Assembly: GCA_052426225.1 (NCBI GenBank)
Contig: JBNJNM010000012.1
Location: 2,418,001 to 2,482,000 of the forward strand
Source of the DNA: Zancudomyces culisetae HAW-14-8
Taxonomy: Eukaryota; Fungi; Kickxellomycota
Direction: 5' to 3'
Length of the DNA stretch: 64,000 nt
The first letter of the stretch is position 1, and each line of letters starts with the position of its first letter. The position numbers and the translations under genes are program-made. The notes beneath the pieces were generated by a model that saw only the letters and a list, made by a program, of their open reading frames with translations, did no database searches and was not told where the DNA came from. This document shows, piece by piece, positions 10,506-23,065 of this stretch.

Positions 10506-11660
10506 CTAAAAATGTATTAGTGTCATAAATAGCAACCAAATCATCCCTAAACTTCCAAAAATTCCACTTGAAAACAGCATGCCAAGGCGACCAGTGCCTT
10601 TGCCAGTAAAGACATACTCCTGGTCTAAAAAGCTTGATCTGTTAACATTGGTAACTGCCGAAATCCAGTCTAAATAATAATACACGTTCGTATAGTATGT
10701 AGCAGTGTCACTTCTCCCACAAACGAATTGATCTTGACCGCTAGAACCCCCCGAGCTGGAAGATGAGAGTTCTAGAAATCGGATTGCACTGGTTATTCCA
10801 AGTAAATATGTGGAATCATGGTTGTTAACATCACGAACTGTTAGTGGTCCACCTGAATCGCCAAAGCATGGACCTATGCTATTCACGTTTGGTATGCAGA
10901 ACAGCGGCGTTGCTAAATAGTTATTTGAGCTCCATATGCTAGATAGCTGTGTACATAGATGATAACTGTTTCCAGTGCTTGTAATATTGGGCAACATGTA
11001 TGTAACGTATTTCAAGTTGCTAGAAACAACTCGTTTTGGTGAATCAACACCCCATCCAGCCACAACCAATTCCGCGTCTCTACTGACGCTCTTGCCGCTA
11101 TTTAAATTTGGTTGCTGCCATGTTACATCGTTGTTGATATTTAATTCACCATTAAATGCATTTATTGGTATTCCATTTTTTGACTCGATGGAAACAGTGA
11201 GGAATAGTATGGCTATATCAGCGAATCCTATACTCGGGTCATAGTTTTCATTTATAACTATTTTATTTGTGCCATAAATTCCATCAATCAAACCTGGTGT
11301 ACTTGAACTTGGAATGCTTGAAAGTCTGAGCTGTGTGGATCCTGCTGAGATATACAAATATTTCGTATCAATTGGCGTTTTACCATCTGAAATACTTGTA
11401 ACGCAGTGTGCCGCTGTAACAACTATATTTGGCTTCAAAAGAGATCCGGTGCAAATATCGATGACACCATCTTTTTCTAGTTTCTGGGATTCGGTATTGT
11501 ATATCGTCACCGCAAACGGGAAATCTACAATATTTGCATTGAATCCTCCAACTATTCTCTCTCCACTCTTTTTTGGGCCAGTATTTGGTTGTAAATCTGT
11601 TACATTATCTCCTAGGGCTTGTGAAATAGATAAATACCAAAGCAAAAGTGTGGATATCAT
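10506..11660 (-). CDS. Secreted S1 (chymotrypsin-fold) serine protease with C-terminal hydrophobic, GPI-like tail
   Basis: Signal peptide, RIVGG activation site, TAAHC, DIAIL, GDSGGP; Gly at the residue-189 position (non-tryptic pocket). Confidence 0.92.
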   Translation of the reverse strand: MISTLLLWYLSISQALGDNVTDLQPNTGPKKSGERIVGGFNANIVDFPFAVTIYNTESQKLEKDGVIDICTGSLLKPNIVVTAAHCVTSISDGKTPIDTKYLYISAGSTQLRLSSIPSSSTPGLIDGIYGTNKIVINENYDPSIGFADIAILFLTVSIESKNGIPINAFNGELNINNDVTWQQPNLNSGKSVSRDAELVVAGWGVDSPKRVVSSNLKYVTYMLPNITSTGNSYHLCTQLSSIWSSNNYLATPLFCIPNVNSIGPCFGDSGGPLTVRDVNNHDSTYLLGITSAIRFLELSSSSSGGSSGQDQFVCGRSDTATYYTNVYYYLDWISAVTNVNRSSFLDQEYVFTGKGTGRLGMLFSSGIFGSLGMIWLLFMTLIHF

Positions 11661-13145
11661 ATTGCTTGTATTATATATCTTGGCAGGTTTTGATCTTTAT
11701 ATATTGAGTTTCAACGCGGATACACTACTGTCATTAGATTCTGCAGCATAATGTACAGCCACTACCTATTGATTCTACTGTTGGTAGTTGTACTATTATT
11801 ATCATTAGTATATACCAATACAGTTGTATATTGGAATATTTCTACTTTTATAATCTTGTACCCTGTACAAAAAATCTATAAACTGCTATTTATTTAAAAT
11901 GTTTTAAAGGTACATGAATTTAATTCTCGTTTACGATACCGGGTTGAAAGGCAATCATAATAATAGTAAAACTTAGTATATCCTTTTTCTTCTCCTCCTC
12001 TTCCACTATCATCATCACCCTCTCCCTCCGTCCTCTATTTCTTTTTCCAAAAATAGAAATATGCGCCTTTTGCCTGGAGGTTTATTTTGTAACCTTTACA
12101 TTTGGAGAATTATGACTTTACCATACACACCATATCGTGCTGTTATTTTTTTCTAATAATACAATACCAATACATATATTCATGTATAGTTTTATTTATG
12201 CCAGCCGGCTCGTTGCTTCATCTTCAATTTAAATAGTAATAATGGGGGAGGAGAAAGATCCAGTTATTTGATAATCTTTTCCTCTTCTTTTTTTTTTCTT
12301 GTTTTCATTTTGTCTATTTATAGTTTGTTTGCTCAATGTATATGCACCCTGATGTCACTTGATGAATATATATATATATGTATATTACAAGCATTAACGC
12401 CACTGGGCTGTTGTTCGTCAACTCTGACTTTTGGATGATTGAATTTCTTGAACCTCTAAGCTTGATCTCATTTGAACTTAATTTTGGAATAGTTTATTTG
12501 GAAATACCGGCGAATTAGAACCAGCAAACCAACACCCTCCCTCTCATCCTCACCACATAACGAAACTATTTGTACACAAACTACACAAATAAAACCTGGC
12601 ATTTCAATACTTTGAAATATCATATGGCGAGTAAATGCCCGATATTCATGTTGTAATGACAGAAATGTTTTCGTAATAATCCATCACTAGCATTATATTG
12701 CATTTCAGAAGTGAGCAATAGATTAAAGAGAAAATATGAAGAGAAACACAAATAACATTCTTCTTCAGCATTACTGATTTCACCAGATCACACACACTTG
12801 TACACAATTTCATCACCCACCTTGCTCTCAACAGATTAGAAAAACGGACCCCCATCCGGGAGCTACAACATTTTTTGATATGTTTTTATTTTCTTTTTCT
12901 GGTTACGCTAACAGAACAGCTAATAGAACTCGAAGGAAGGAAAGAATACTAAAGTGTAAAGAAAAAACAAAAAACATAACGAGTTCCAAGAATTAGGGAA
13001 TGGGAGATACACCCTATGAATATGTTTAATAGTATGGGGTGTATAAATCATATAGTAAAAATATTTTTTTTACAAAAGTGCGTGACGAAACACGCCCTGG
13101 TTAACTAAAAAAAGAGGGTGGGAGGAGGGGGGTGGAGTTTTAGAG

Positions 13146-13616
13146 TTAAGGGTGTCCCTGAACTTTGGATTTAGCTGTCTTTGCAGTGTCCTTCATTCTC
13201 TCGTCGGCACACTCTGCGTTTTCCTTCATGTGTTGTCCTACATTCTCTGTGGTATCTCTTGCTTGTCTTCCCAAATCCTCTGCCTTATCCTTTACATTTG
13301 TTCCTGCTGTCTGACACTCCTGTTTTGCTGCTTGGGTGGAATCACCGGTCTTCCTTGAGGCATCTTTTGCAGTACCCTGAGCCTTAGCACCAGCCTTCTT
13401 TCCGGAGTCCTTCGCCACCTGTCCGGCATGCTCAGCGGTACCCTCCTTTCCTTGTCTCCTGTGTTTTCCACCTCGCTCAACCATGTTGTCATTTTTGAGT
13501 ACCTTACCGGCCTTCTCCTCAATCAAACCTTGAATGTTTATCATTCTATCTTTCAAAGATGGCTTTCTAGCCTTTGCGGCGTCTGTACCTGTCTTATCTT
13601 GGGTTTTTTCTACCAT
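13146..13616 (-). CDS. Hydrophilin / LEA-like protein with CsbD-like N-terminal motif
   Basis: 156 aa, rich in K/A/T/D/Q, 11-mer-like repeats; GLIEEKAGKVLKNDNMVERG resembles CsbD. Confidence 0.7.
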   Translation of the reverse strand: MVEKTQDKTGTDAAKARKPSLKDRMINIQGLIEEKAGKVLKNDNMVERGGKHRRQGKEGTAEHAGQVAKDSGKKAGAKAQGTAKDASRKTGDSTQAAKQECQTAGTNVKDKAEDLGRQARDTTENVGQHMKENAECADERMKDTAKTAKSKVQGHP

Positions 13617-16413
13617 TTTGTTTAAACTTCTTATTTAGCGTTAGTTGCTGTAATTCGCTTTATCACGTTTCTTTCTATTCTCCTTGTTACAATGGAATAA
13701 GAGACTACCAAAGTGTAAAAAAAGTTAGTTTTCAAAAAATCAATTTTAGGGGGAGTGGACTCATTGGAGCCTTAAATACACTTTTTTTGCGTACATAAGA
13801 GGGTGAGTGTAGAAATGATCATTAAATATACATAAACTTATAAAGCACCATTACCAATTTTAATCATGCAAAGTATAGAAATGCAATACGGTCACACTTA
13901 TAATTAACACACCACAAACAACTACATCGAATGGACCACTCTTCTGTCATTTCTACATAAACGCTAAGATCTTCATGTTTGTATAACCTCAATTTCCATT
14001 CGCTATCAGGCCCTGATATTCTAGTCACTTGTTCATATTTATTCCTTGTATTTTTATTTTTATTTTACTCTTTCCCACTTTATGCCTAGATAAAAGACTG
14101 TTAGCACCTATTTATAAATGATTATGCTATTGGTCGCCATTTGATAATATATTTGATTAACCATATAATATGTAATTTAATGGCTGTAACTTCCCTCCAC
14201 GCTCAGCATCCCAAACAAACTTTGGAACATGATAGGAGTTCTAATTATATTTTGTGATCAGCTGGAACAAAACAGAAAAAAGTTGGAGAAAAAAAGGCCT
14301 AACTAGACCAACAAAAAAAAGGTGGTTATGGAAATATAACTTTTGTCGTTTTTATTTTCTCCAGTAGGAAGCACGGCCAGATGTAAGAACTGATTCCATT
14401 TGACACATGATTTGATGTATCTAGGTAGTTATGAACTATATTACATGCATATTATATGCAGAGCTAGTGCCTCGATAATTTATCTGGCATGAAATTATGG
14501 CAGGTGCAGATATCTGCTCTGAATATCACTTTTTATGTATTCTATTACTTTGCTTTACAAAAAAAAACTGTTACATTAAACAGCAATTTCTCAGATATGT
14601 GGATAAATTTACGTTTTGACTATTTTGTTGACCTATCGATCCATTTTTTTCGGTAATGGCTAATGGACCTGGGGTGAAGGAAGTAGTACTTAATGTATAC
14701 AATCATTGACTTTTATCCCAATTGGAGCTTATATCAGCGCAAGTTGGCACGCATCTAACTGGATGTGTATTTTTTGTTTTGTTTATTAGCGGATGTCTAA
14801 TTTAAAACTCAGAAATAAAAATACGAAAAAAAATAAAATCGTAAGACTGCGGTAAAATTTTTATTGGTTGAATGAAAATTGTATCTAAAAGTTGATTTAC
14901 ACCCATAAGCAAAAGGGGTACCACGCTGGTGTCATACGGTGGGGCATAGATAAGTGCGGATGTATGGATGTATAAGTGGACAGGAAAGAAAAAGAGAAGA
15001 CGGGAAGGAAAATAAAGAAAAGAAAAAGCACAGTTAAACAAGCGGGAACAGTACTAAATGAGGACAGCTCTTCGTAGACATCCCTGGATGATGGTGACTT
15101 TTTTCGAATAAAGCTGAATCGGATTTAAGTAAAATTGAGAAGATTGGTTTCCGGGCATGCAGTCAAATACCACTTATGTGCAATCTGAGTAAATGATAAG
15201 ACGTATTTGAAAATACACCCTTTTTTTGATGAGCGGAAGGTGGCATAAACAAAAATGATAAAGCGTTTTTGAAGCACTCTTAAATGGATGTTGTCAGAAT
15301 CATCTCAGTAAATGTAATATGAGCTGATCAACATAATCCATTTAATCTTCACCCTTTTGAAATATTTGTGAGAGGTGCTCAAATGAAACAAATGGGGGCA
15401 TTCAAAACGCCAATTTGATTACTTTATTCAATAGCTTTTTCTTTTTCATTTTTACAAGGGTATCATGATTACATATTACTTGTAGCTCGTAACTTAAATT
15501 AAACTATTCGTATCTGCAGTAATTTTTATTGTGTAGGTGATAGTGATAGCAAGGATAATTAGATATAAACTCTTTATACCAAAAGCCATATCCAAGCAAG
15601 TGTCAGTTGGATCTGTGAGCTACTTGTCTTGTTCCTAAAACCAACCGGATTATGAGGATTTGAGTTGTTGAATTTAAAAATTGGAACACACCTGCTCTCA
15701 CTAAACAACTAGATGCATAAACTTATTTGTAACAATACAATTCAGAAGTGTTAATATGGGAAGGAGGGAGAGGAGAGTATAATAAATCAAAAGATGGCTA
15801 ACAAAAAAAAAACCCCCCGAGTCATCTTGGTAGTGGTACTTTGATTATACTGCTTTCGGGTTCTTTCAAAAGAGAAGTGTCACTGGTTTGTGTACTGAAC
15901 CGGTTTAAAATCAATTAAGTTTTTTGGTGTGACTCTCCCATCCAGCTTTTTATTTGAATGTTAGTATAAAATATACAGAGTATAGAGATGCACTTTGATC
16001 AGAAAACTGGTCTAAAGAATGAACCCCTTCCGCGAATCTCAGCAAAAAAATCTAGCAAATCTTGAAATGATTATCTGGTGATTATTGGCTGAATTGCGTT
16101 TCATTTGGTAATACAAATACAAAGCTCATACAAAAAAAAATTTTATTAATTGAAAAAAATGAAAAGATAATATTTAAAGTCGGATTCAAAGGCTAAATAA
16201 AAAGTATCTTTATCTTTTTCTAAACTTAAAACAAAGTAAGTATTGTTAAATAAGCCATTTCATTTGTTCTTGTGTATATTATACAAGTTAGCACAGTATT
16301 GTAATCATGCTTGTATGATGTGGTCTCGAAAGCTAATCTAACAATGATTTTTTGTTGATAAAAATTAGAATCTTTAAATTTCAGAGATTGAAACCCATTG
16401 AACACATACAACG

Positions 16414-17585
16414 ATGTCAAAGGGAGAACGTAAAGCCGAATACTTTGATCGCCTCAAGAGATACTTGGAGACCTACAGCTCCATCTTCATTGTCGATGTT
16501 GACAACGTAGGCTCCAACCAGATGCATCAGATCCGTAAGTCCGTCAGAGCTCACGGTGAGATTCTTATGGGAAAGAACACCATGGTCCGTCGTGCCTTGA
16601 AGGTTCTCGGCCCATCAAACCCAAACTACGAAAAGCTTTTGCCTTACATTAAGGGAAACATTGGTTTTGTATTCACCAACAGTGACCTCAAGGAAGTTCG
16701 TGACTTGGTTGTCGCAAACAGAGTATTGGCTCCAGCCCGTGCTGGTGCTATTGCTCCAGTTGATGTCTTTGTTCCAGCTGGTAACACTGGTATGGAACCC
16801 GGTCAGACATCCTTCTTCCAGGCCCTCGGTATCCCAACCAAGATTTCACGTGGTACTATTGAAATCACCAACGACGTCCATCTTGTCAAGGTCGGAGAGA
16901 AAGTCGGACCATCCGAAGCCACACTTCTTAACAAGCTCAACATCTCACCATTTACTTATGGTATGAGCATTGTCGAAGTATACGACAACGGATCCATCTT
17001 CAAGCCATCAGTCTTGGATATCACCGATGATGACTTGCTCGCCCACTTCACCCAAGCTATCACCGAAGTTGCATGTGTCTCTTTGGCCGCCAACATTCCA
17101 ACTCTTCCAGCTGTTCCACACATGCTTATCAACGGTTTCAAGGATCTCTTGTCCATTTCAGTTGCCTCAGAATATACTTTCAAGGAATCAGAATCGGTAA
17201 GTAGCATATTCAATACATTTCGAGTATTTACTGTTGATACATGATGTCTATGAACAATCAATGAAAAGCCTAAATCGGCCTATTTGATTTCAACCATTTA
17301 CCAACACTTTAATTTTTTTCTGATTATCAACCAACTATGATTTTAAATTTGTTTCTCTCTGTAATTAATGGCGAGTTACTAACATCTCTTGTATATGTTG
17401 AAAATTGATCATAGATCAAGGAATTGCTTGACAACCCAGAGGCTCTCGCTGCCGCCGCTGCTGCTGCTGCCGCCTCCACCACTGCCGCCAGCGGATCAGG
17501 TGCCTCAACCGCTGCTGCTGCCGCTGCTGAACCAGAGCCAGAGGAAGAGTCTGATGACGATATGGGATTCGGTTTGTTTGATTAA
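16414..17585 (+). CDS. RPP0: 60S acidic ribosomal protein P0, 2 exons (16414-17196, 17415-17585); probable 5'-UTR intron ~16236-16384
   Basis: VDNVGSNQMHQIR, GKNTMVRRA, TGMEPGQTSFFQAL; spliced C-terminus EEESDDDMGFGLFD*. Confidence 0.97.
17233..17331 (+). ncRNA. Intronic box C/D snoRNA in RPP0 intron, double guide
   Basis: 7-bp terminal stem GTTGATA/TATCAAC; C box ATGATGT 17241-17247; D' ATGA 17261-17264 preceded by TGAACAATC (LSU A-loop GAUUGUUCA); D CTGA 17320-17323 preceded by AACACTTTAATTTTTT (SSU AAAAAAUUAGAGUGUU). Confidence 0.88.
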
Positions 17586-18094
17586 GCTTCTTGTACTAAA
17601 TAAACTGTTTCTTCCTCTTTGGACTTTTTTTCATGATTTATTAGTTTTATTTGTTAGCTATCAGTCTCTTACGAATAAAATTGTTTAATCTTGTATATTT
17701 TGTTGTAAAATCCCTTCTGTTTTTTCATTTGTATCTTTGGGTTCGATGCAGTTCCGGCATGTATAGCCATATCTTTGATCTTACCATTCTTCCGGTTTTT
17801 TTTTTTTTTGCATAATCGACCTATTTATGATTAGTCATCCTTTCCGATTTTTTCGGATGCATAATTTTTTTCACATTCGCAAAATGTATTTTGGACTCGT
17901 AAGCAAAAAACCAGCACAAAGTACCCCTGAATATTTCAACGCTCAAAATTTCTCGGAATAAATGAACACACCCCCTCCTCTTGGAATCCTGGTATATCCC
18001 AGATATATAAACCATTCCTATCCTCAAGTTGCAAAACACATTTGTATAATTCGCATTTATTTTTTTCACTGAGCGGAAACGAGATAATATAAAC

Positions 18095-19150
18095 ATGATT
18101 AAAGCCTGGGCTTGTAATGAACCAAAAGGGAAATTGGCGGAGTGGAGCTATAAACCAAGAGAACTCGGTTCGCAAGACGTTGAGATAAAAATTGATTGTT
18201 GTGGAATATGTGGGTCTGACGTCCATTACCTTGACGGAGACTGGGGAAACAGCAAGTACCCCGCAGTGGTTGGCCACGAAATCATAGGACAGGTTGTTTC
18301 CAAAGGTGCAGAAGTCACTCACCTTTCGCTCGGAGATAGAGTTGGTGTAGGGGCGCAGGTCTTTTCTTGCATGGAACCCGATTGCATATCCTGCTCAAGA
18401 GATCTGCACCCACACTGCAAAAAGCAAGTTCTTACCTATGGCGGCAAATACGCTGACGGGGAACAATCGCGTGGTGGGTATGCTGAGGCTGTAAGAGTGA
18501 ATGCACATTTTGCCTTTAAGATCCCGGAGAAGCTGAGTTCCGCTGAAGCCGCACCACTGATGTGTGCTGGTACAACTGTTTTTACACCAATGATCAGGTT
18601 TGGATTGAAGAAGGGTGATCGTGTGGGTGTTGTAGGAATAGGCGGGTTGGGCCATTTGGCTTTGCAATTTGCGAACGCTCTTGGATGCGAAGTGACTGCG
18701 TTCTCTCATTCACCAAACAAGAAAGAGGAGTGCCTGAAGCTCGGTGCTAACAAAGTTGTCATTACCACCGATGAGGAAGAAGTTAGAAAGTGTGCAAGAT
18801 CATTGGATTATCTATTTATTACCTCCAACGCAAAGACGAGCGATTTCTCTGCATACTTCACATGGGTAGACTTTGGAGGGAAAATCTGTCTCTTGGCGGC
18901 ACCTGCATCAAAACTAGAATTCAGTCCAGCATTGTTTATTCATAATGAGGTGTACATTGGTGGTTCGGCGATTGGTGGGATAGAGACCATCAAAGAAACG
19001 CTGGATTTTGCTGCAAAGAATAATGTCCGCCCAATTATCGAAAGACTTCCCATGAGCAGGTGTAACGAGGGGGTTGAAAGAGTAAGGGATGGAAAGGTTA
19101 GATACAGAGTTGTTCTTGAGAACCGACCTATAACTTCATCAATGCTTTAA
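18095..19150 (+). CDS. NADP-dependent zinc alcohol dehydrogenase (CAD/ADH6 family)
   Basis: CGICGSD, GHE, structural Zn cysteines, APLMCAGTT, GIGGLGHLA, RYRVVL. Confidence 0.93.
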   Translation: MIKAWACNEPKGKLAEWSYKPRELGSQDVEIKIDCCGICGSDVHYLDGDWGNSKYPAVVGHEIIGQVVSKGAEVTHLSLGDRVGVGAQVFSCMEPDCISCSRDLHPHCKKQVLTYGGKYADGEQSRGGYAEAVRVNAHFAFKIPEKLSSAEAAPLMCAGTTVFTPMIRFGLKKGDRVGVVGIGGLGHLALQFANALGCEVTAFSHSPNKKEECLKLGANKVVITTDEEEVRKCARSLDYLFITSNAKTSDFSAYFTWVDFGGKICLLAAPASKLEFSPALFIHNEVYIGGSAIGGIETIKETLDFAAKNNVRPIIERLPMSRCNEGVERVRDGKVRYRVVLENRPITSSML

Positions 19151-19405
19151 TATTGTGGGCTTTTGTGTTGGTATATAGTTTTTGGGCATGCTTTTATGAA
19201 TTTTTTTTTTCCGGTAGTATTTGAATTTTACAAATTAAAAGCCGAGGTAGTCAATCAATTATAAAAAGCAGCATATCTGAGTGTTTTTTTTGTCTTGTCG
19301 TCCAAGTTGAGCTAGAGTGTAGTCGTTAATGTACCAGCCGTATTTCTTGGAGCAGTGAAACCACCAACAAGCATTTCAATAAAAAAAAGGCAAGGGGTTA
19401 TGAGT

Positions 19406-19994
19406 TTAAATGTAATTGCCAAGGCCATGCTCAAGAAATGACCAATTGTAGCTTTCGGCGTAGCCATGTATATCAACCAAGTGCCTCTTTCTCTCCTCAA
19501 TTGTGTTAAACGCCATGGCGCACTCTGGGACCATGCATTTGTACTATTTTAGAAGCAGTAATTCAAAATATCTTTATCTACCAATTTCTACACTAACTTC
19601 CATTCAAATGTATATAACATATGGTAATTAGAAGAAATACCATATTCAGTCCCTTGGCTACACAGGCAGCGAAATAAGAGTCATGAAATTCAGAAATGTG
19701 CAAATCGAGCAAATGGGGACTCGAAAAAATGGCATCGCATGAGCTACATTCAAAACGATGAACCAAATCGTAGTGAGCCTCATAAGATTTCAGGGTTCTA
19801 AAGGGTTCTAGATTATCGCATGATGGCAGAGAGCATTTTATGCTAAATTCATATCCTTCACGGTTTCTATGTTCATACAAAGTGTAGAATGTTATCACTG
19901 TTGCCGCTCAAATAGCCTAATTTACAATCCTACTCAATTACCCTGTATGGGTGTCGTCCTGAAGCATAGTATTATCGGCTTTTCTCTTTCGCAT
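19406..19994 (-). CDS. C2H2 zinc-finger protein, ZNF511-like, 3 exons
   Basis: Spliced product MRKRKAD...CSLPSC...YEAHYDLVHRFECSSCDAIFSSPHLLDLHISEFHDSYF...YKCMVPEC...RKRHLVDIHGY...*; GT-AG introns at ~19941-19868 and ~19640-19544. Confidence 0.8.
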
Positions 19995-20494
19995 GTTAGA
20001 TTCGTAATTCGATGGATCGGCAAGTATGAATTTAAAAGGGATCTTGTATTTAATTATTGTTCTTTATAAACTCGATTTATCGGTTTACAAAGTACAAAAA
20101 ATAAACAAATAAACAATTAGTAAATTAAAAAGCGATCATAGTTTGGTTAAAAAGTGAGATTTTTGTGAGAAAACTAGATTACACATAACATCAAAACATG
20201 CAGCTAAAAACTATCTTCCTCAAAAATCAGTTGATGGATTGGTTGAGTGGTGCTATAATGGTTGAACTCGTGACGGATGAACATACATAGTCATTCTATA
20301 TACCCTGAATATATAGAAATTTGATTTTAGCGCTTGGTTTTCAATTCTCGTGTAATAAAATAACATGTGTATATGAGTTGAAAGTTGAGTATAAAAAAAT
20401 GTGATCAAAACTTAAAAAATCAAATATAGAGTTGATAATCAGGTATATAAAAAAAACACGAGGAGAGGGTAGCAAGCAAAGTGAAAAGGTGAAT

Positions 20495-23016
20495 CTATTT
20501 AGAAGGCTGGGCTGTCTCGGAATCAGAAAAATCAAACTCAGATTCAGAAGAAGAGTCCTCGTTTTGATCAGGAAGTTCCAAAGAACCACTAAATTTATAC
20601 GCAGACTCGGGATTAGGACTGCCTCTTGCACCATACAGCTTGGTAAACAGATCCGCAGTATTTTTGCTAAGTGGCTGAGAAAGAGGTGACCCAGTTGATG
20701 GTCTATATAAGGGGGCGGAGTCTGTGGTAGCAATGGCCTTATTGAGAGGGCTAGAACTAGAACTCGCTAAATTAAAAACGTCTGATCGTTTAGAAGTGGG
20801 CGAAGTAGATTGAATAAAGGGCGAATCAAACCCAGAAGCTGATGGTGCATCTAACCCAAAGATAGATTCAAATTTATCGGAGGGAACATTTTTATCAGGA
20901 ATAGGAGCCGAGGATGAGGCCGCAGCCTGTGAAAGCTGTGAAGTTTGAGAGAGGTATGACGACTGTGAGTGTTGTAGGGGCTGTGATGGTCGTATAGGCT
21001 CTGTAGATGTAGTGGGTATAGTGGATGTGGTAGGCGTAGTAGACTCTGGAACTAGAGAAACACCCAGAGCACGTTGCCTTTCAAGAAGCCTTTGTTCAGC
21101 AAGTTTCTTTAAAGCTTGTGCCCTCTCCTCGGGATTTTCAATCGAGGAAAGCCGAGGTGATGATGAATTTATAGCCCTTGCAGCTGAAGTTGCAGTTATA
21201 GAGGTACGAGAATGGATGGGTGATGAGATAAATGGTGATACAGATCTATTTGCAGGAAGTAAATCCAAAAGCTTGATATTCAGCTTTCTAACGGAGGAAA
21301 GCTGATCGACCAAGGCAGAAACCTTGACATTGTCTTTTTCAGAGCCCAGCTCAAACATGTTCCAGTTTTGGCTGTTTTCTAGTTCCAAATAGTTGGGATC
21401 TGAAAATAGCTCCTTTGACTCTTTACAGGTTTCTATTATTTTTTTTTTGAGTTCGTTAGCCTCCGCTTTAATAGCCTCAATTCGAGACACGTGCTTCTTC
21501 AATACGCTTGAATTGAGCGGTGTTGCTCTGCCCTGGTTTTCAAACGGGCTTGGTGCTTCGGATAAGGAGCCCATCTCAAAAGTCTGGCCAGTCAATTCCT
21601 TCATTCGCTCAAATAACATTGCCGTTGCACGTGAAGTCCTGTCAAGTTCGTTTGTGCTCGCCACTTGCTTCGGCTTTTTTGCCTCACTTCTCAGCTTTTG
21701 AGTTAGCAGATCAACCTTTGAGCTGTATGTACTCAAATCTCTGCTCAGTTCCGCATACTTAAGCAAAAGCTTTACCAGAGCCTGCGCCTCCTTAACCGCA
21801 AGCCTTTCTGCTACACTTAGACTACGTCCGTTGAGTTCAATATCGCCCCTGTCCAGGTCTTGCTCGGCGAATGCAACCAGATCGTGGGTGATAGTATGCT
21901 CTTTTTTAATTTCTCGTCCATACCATTGCTCATCTTTTGTTTCAGCTGCTGGTGATGCCTTGTAGCTTTTCGTTGGATTCACATCGGTCCGTACTTTGGT
22001 GTCGTATCCACTAGTACTGGTAATAACATTAGCGGCTCCCCTAAAAGACATTGTCTCTTTGTTTGTATTCGAACTCGAAATAGCTGGTGGATATTGGTTG
22101 CCGTACGATATTGGATCTTTTTTTTCGTCGGTTTTTGATTTCCCGTAAAGCACTTCACGTCGCATTTCCTCTGCTGCCACTCCAAATTCTAGTTCTGCTG
22201 GTAGTGTTTTGGGTATTTCCTTTCCTGCTTTTCTTTCCTCAATGATTTTAAACGCCAAAACGAATTCCTCTTTATTCAACTTTCCTTTTTTCTTACTATC
22301 AACCAACTCCCAAATCTGTGACAAATCTTCTGGTTGAAGCCCGGTTTGCAGAAAAATATCTCGCAACTCAACTCCATCTATTTCTCCTTTGTTTTGATAA
22401 TCAAGACCTGTGAATATCTGTTCGTACTTTCTTCTTTCTCTCTCGGAAAGGTCCCACTTGTTTGAAAATGAACCACCACGAGATTTAGTTTCCAATGTAA
22501 ATACAGAATCTCCCGAGGGCTTGGATTTTAAATTTGGATTGATATCCTCATTCCCGGAAACGTGTAGCAAAATCATCTGTTCAAGAGATTTACTTCTGTA
22601 TTCACTCCTTTAGATCCCCTTAGACTGTAACTAGATGTCCTACCATATATATTCCTTGCTCTCGGAGTGGGCATCGCCTGTAGTTGCACTTGCCTCTTGG
22701 ACTCTTCCATCAAGCTCTAGAATCTCTTTTTTGACCGCTTCTGGTAACACGTCAGGCAGTTCAGCACCGCTCATCGCTGTTTTGGCTAAATGAAGTGCCA
22801 TTGCAAACTCATCTTGGTAAGAGCTCCATTCTTGCTGTATGTCAGACAAGCTCCATATTTTGTGTAGAGTTGAATTGGGTAATCCTGATTTTACAAGCAC
22901 TTCTCTTGCTTTCAAACCAGCAACCAGATTTGAATTTGCCTCCTTACAACCATCAAATGTTTGTGAGTATACTGCATAGGCCTCCGGTGGATAAAGCTCG
23001 GTTGTTTGCTCGACAT
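20495..23016 (-). CDS. PAN1: Pan1-like EH-domain endocytic scaffold (frameshifted at 5' end in this assembly)
   Basis: Two EH domains (AREVLVKSGLPNSTLHKIWSLSD; IFLQTGLQPEDLSQIWELVD); Pan1-type motifs RATAMLFERMKELTG and EERAQALKKLAEQRLLERQRALG; ATG at 23016 needs several indels to join. Confidence 0.75.
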
Positions 23017-23029
23017 ACTGCTTGGTGCT

Positions 23030-23065
23030 TTATTCTTATTCTTATTCCTATTCTTATTCTTATTG
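23030..23065. repeat. (TTATTC)6 hexanucleotide microsatellite just upstream of PAN1-like start
   Basis: Directly visible; 2 variant units. Confidence 0.85.
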
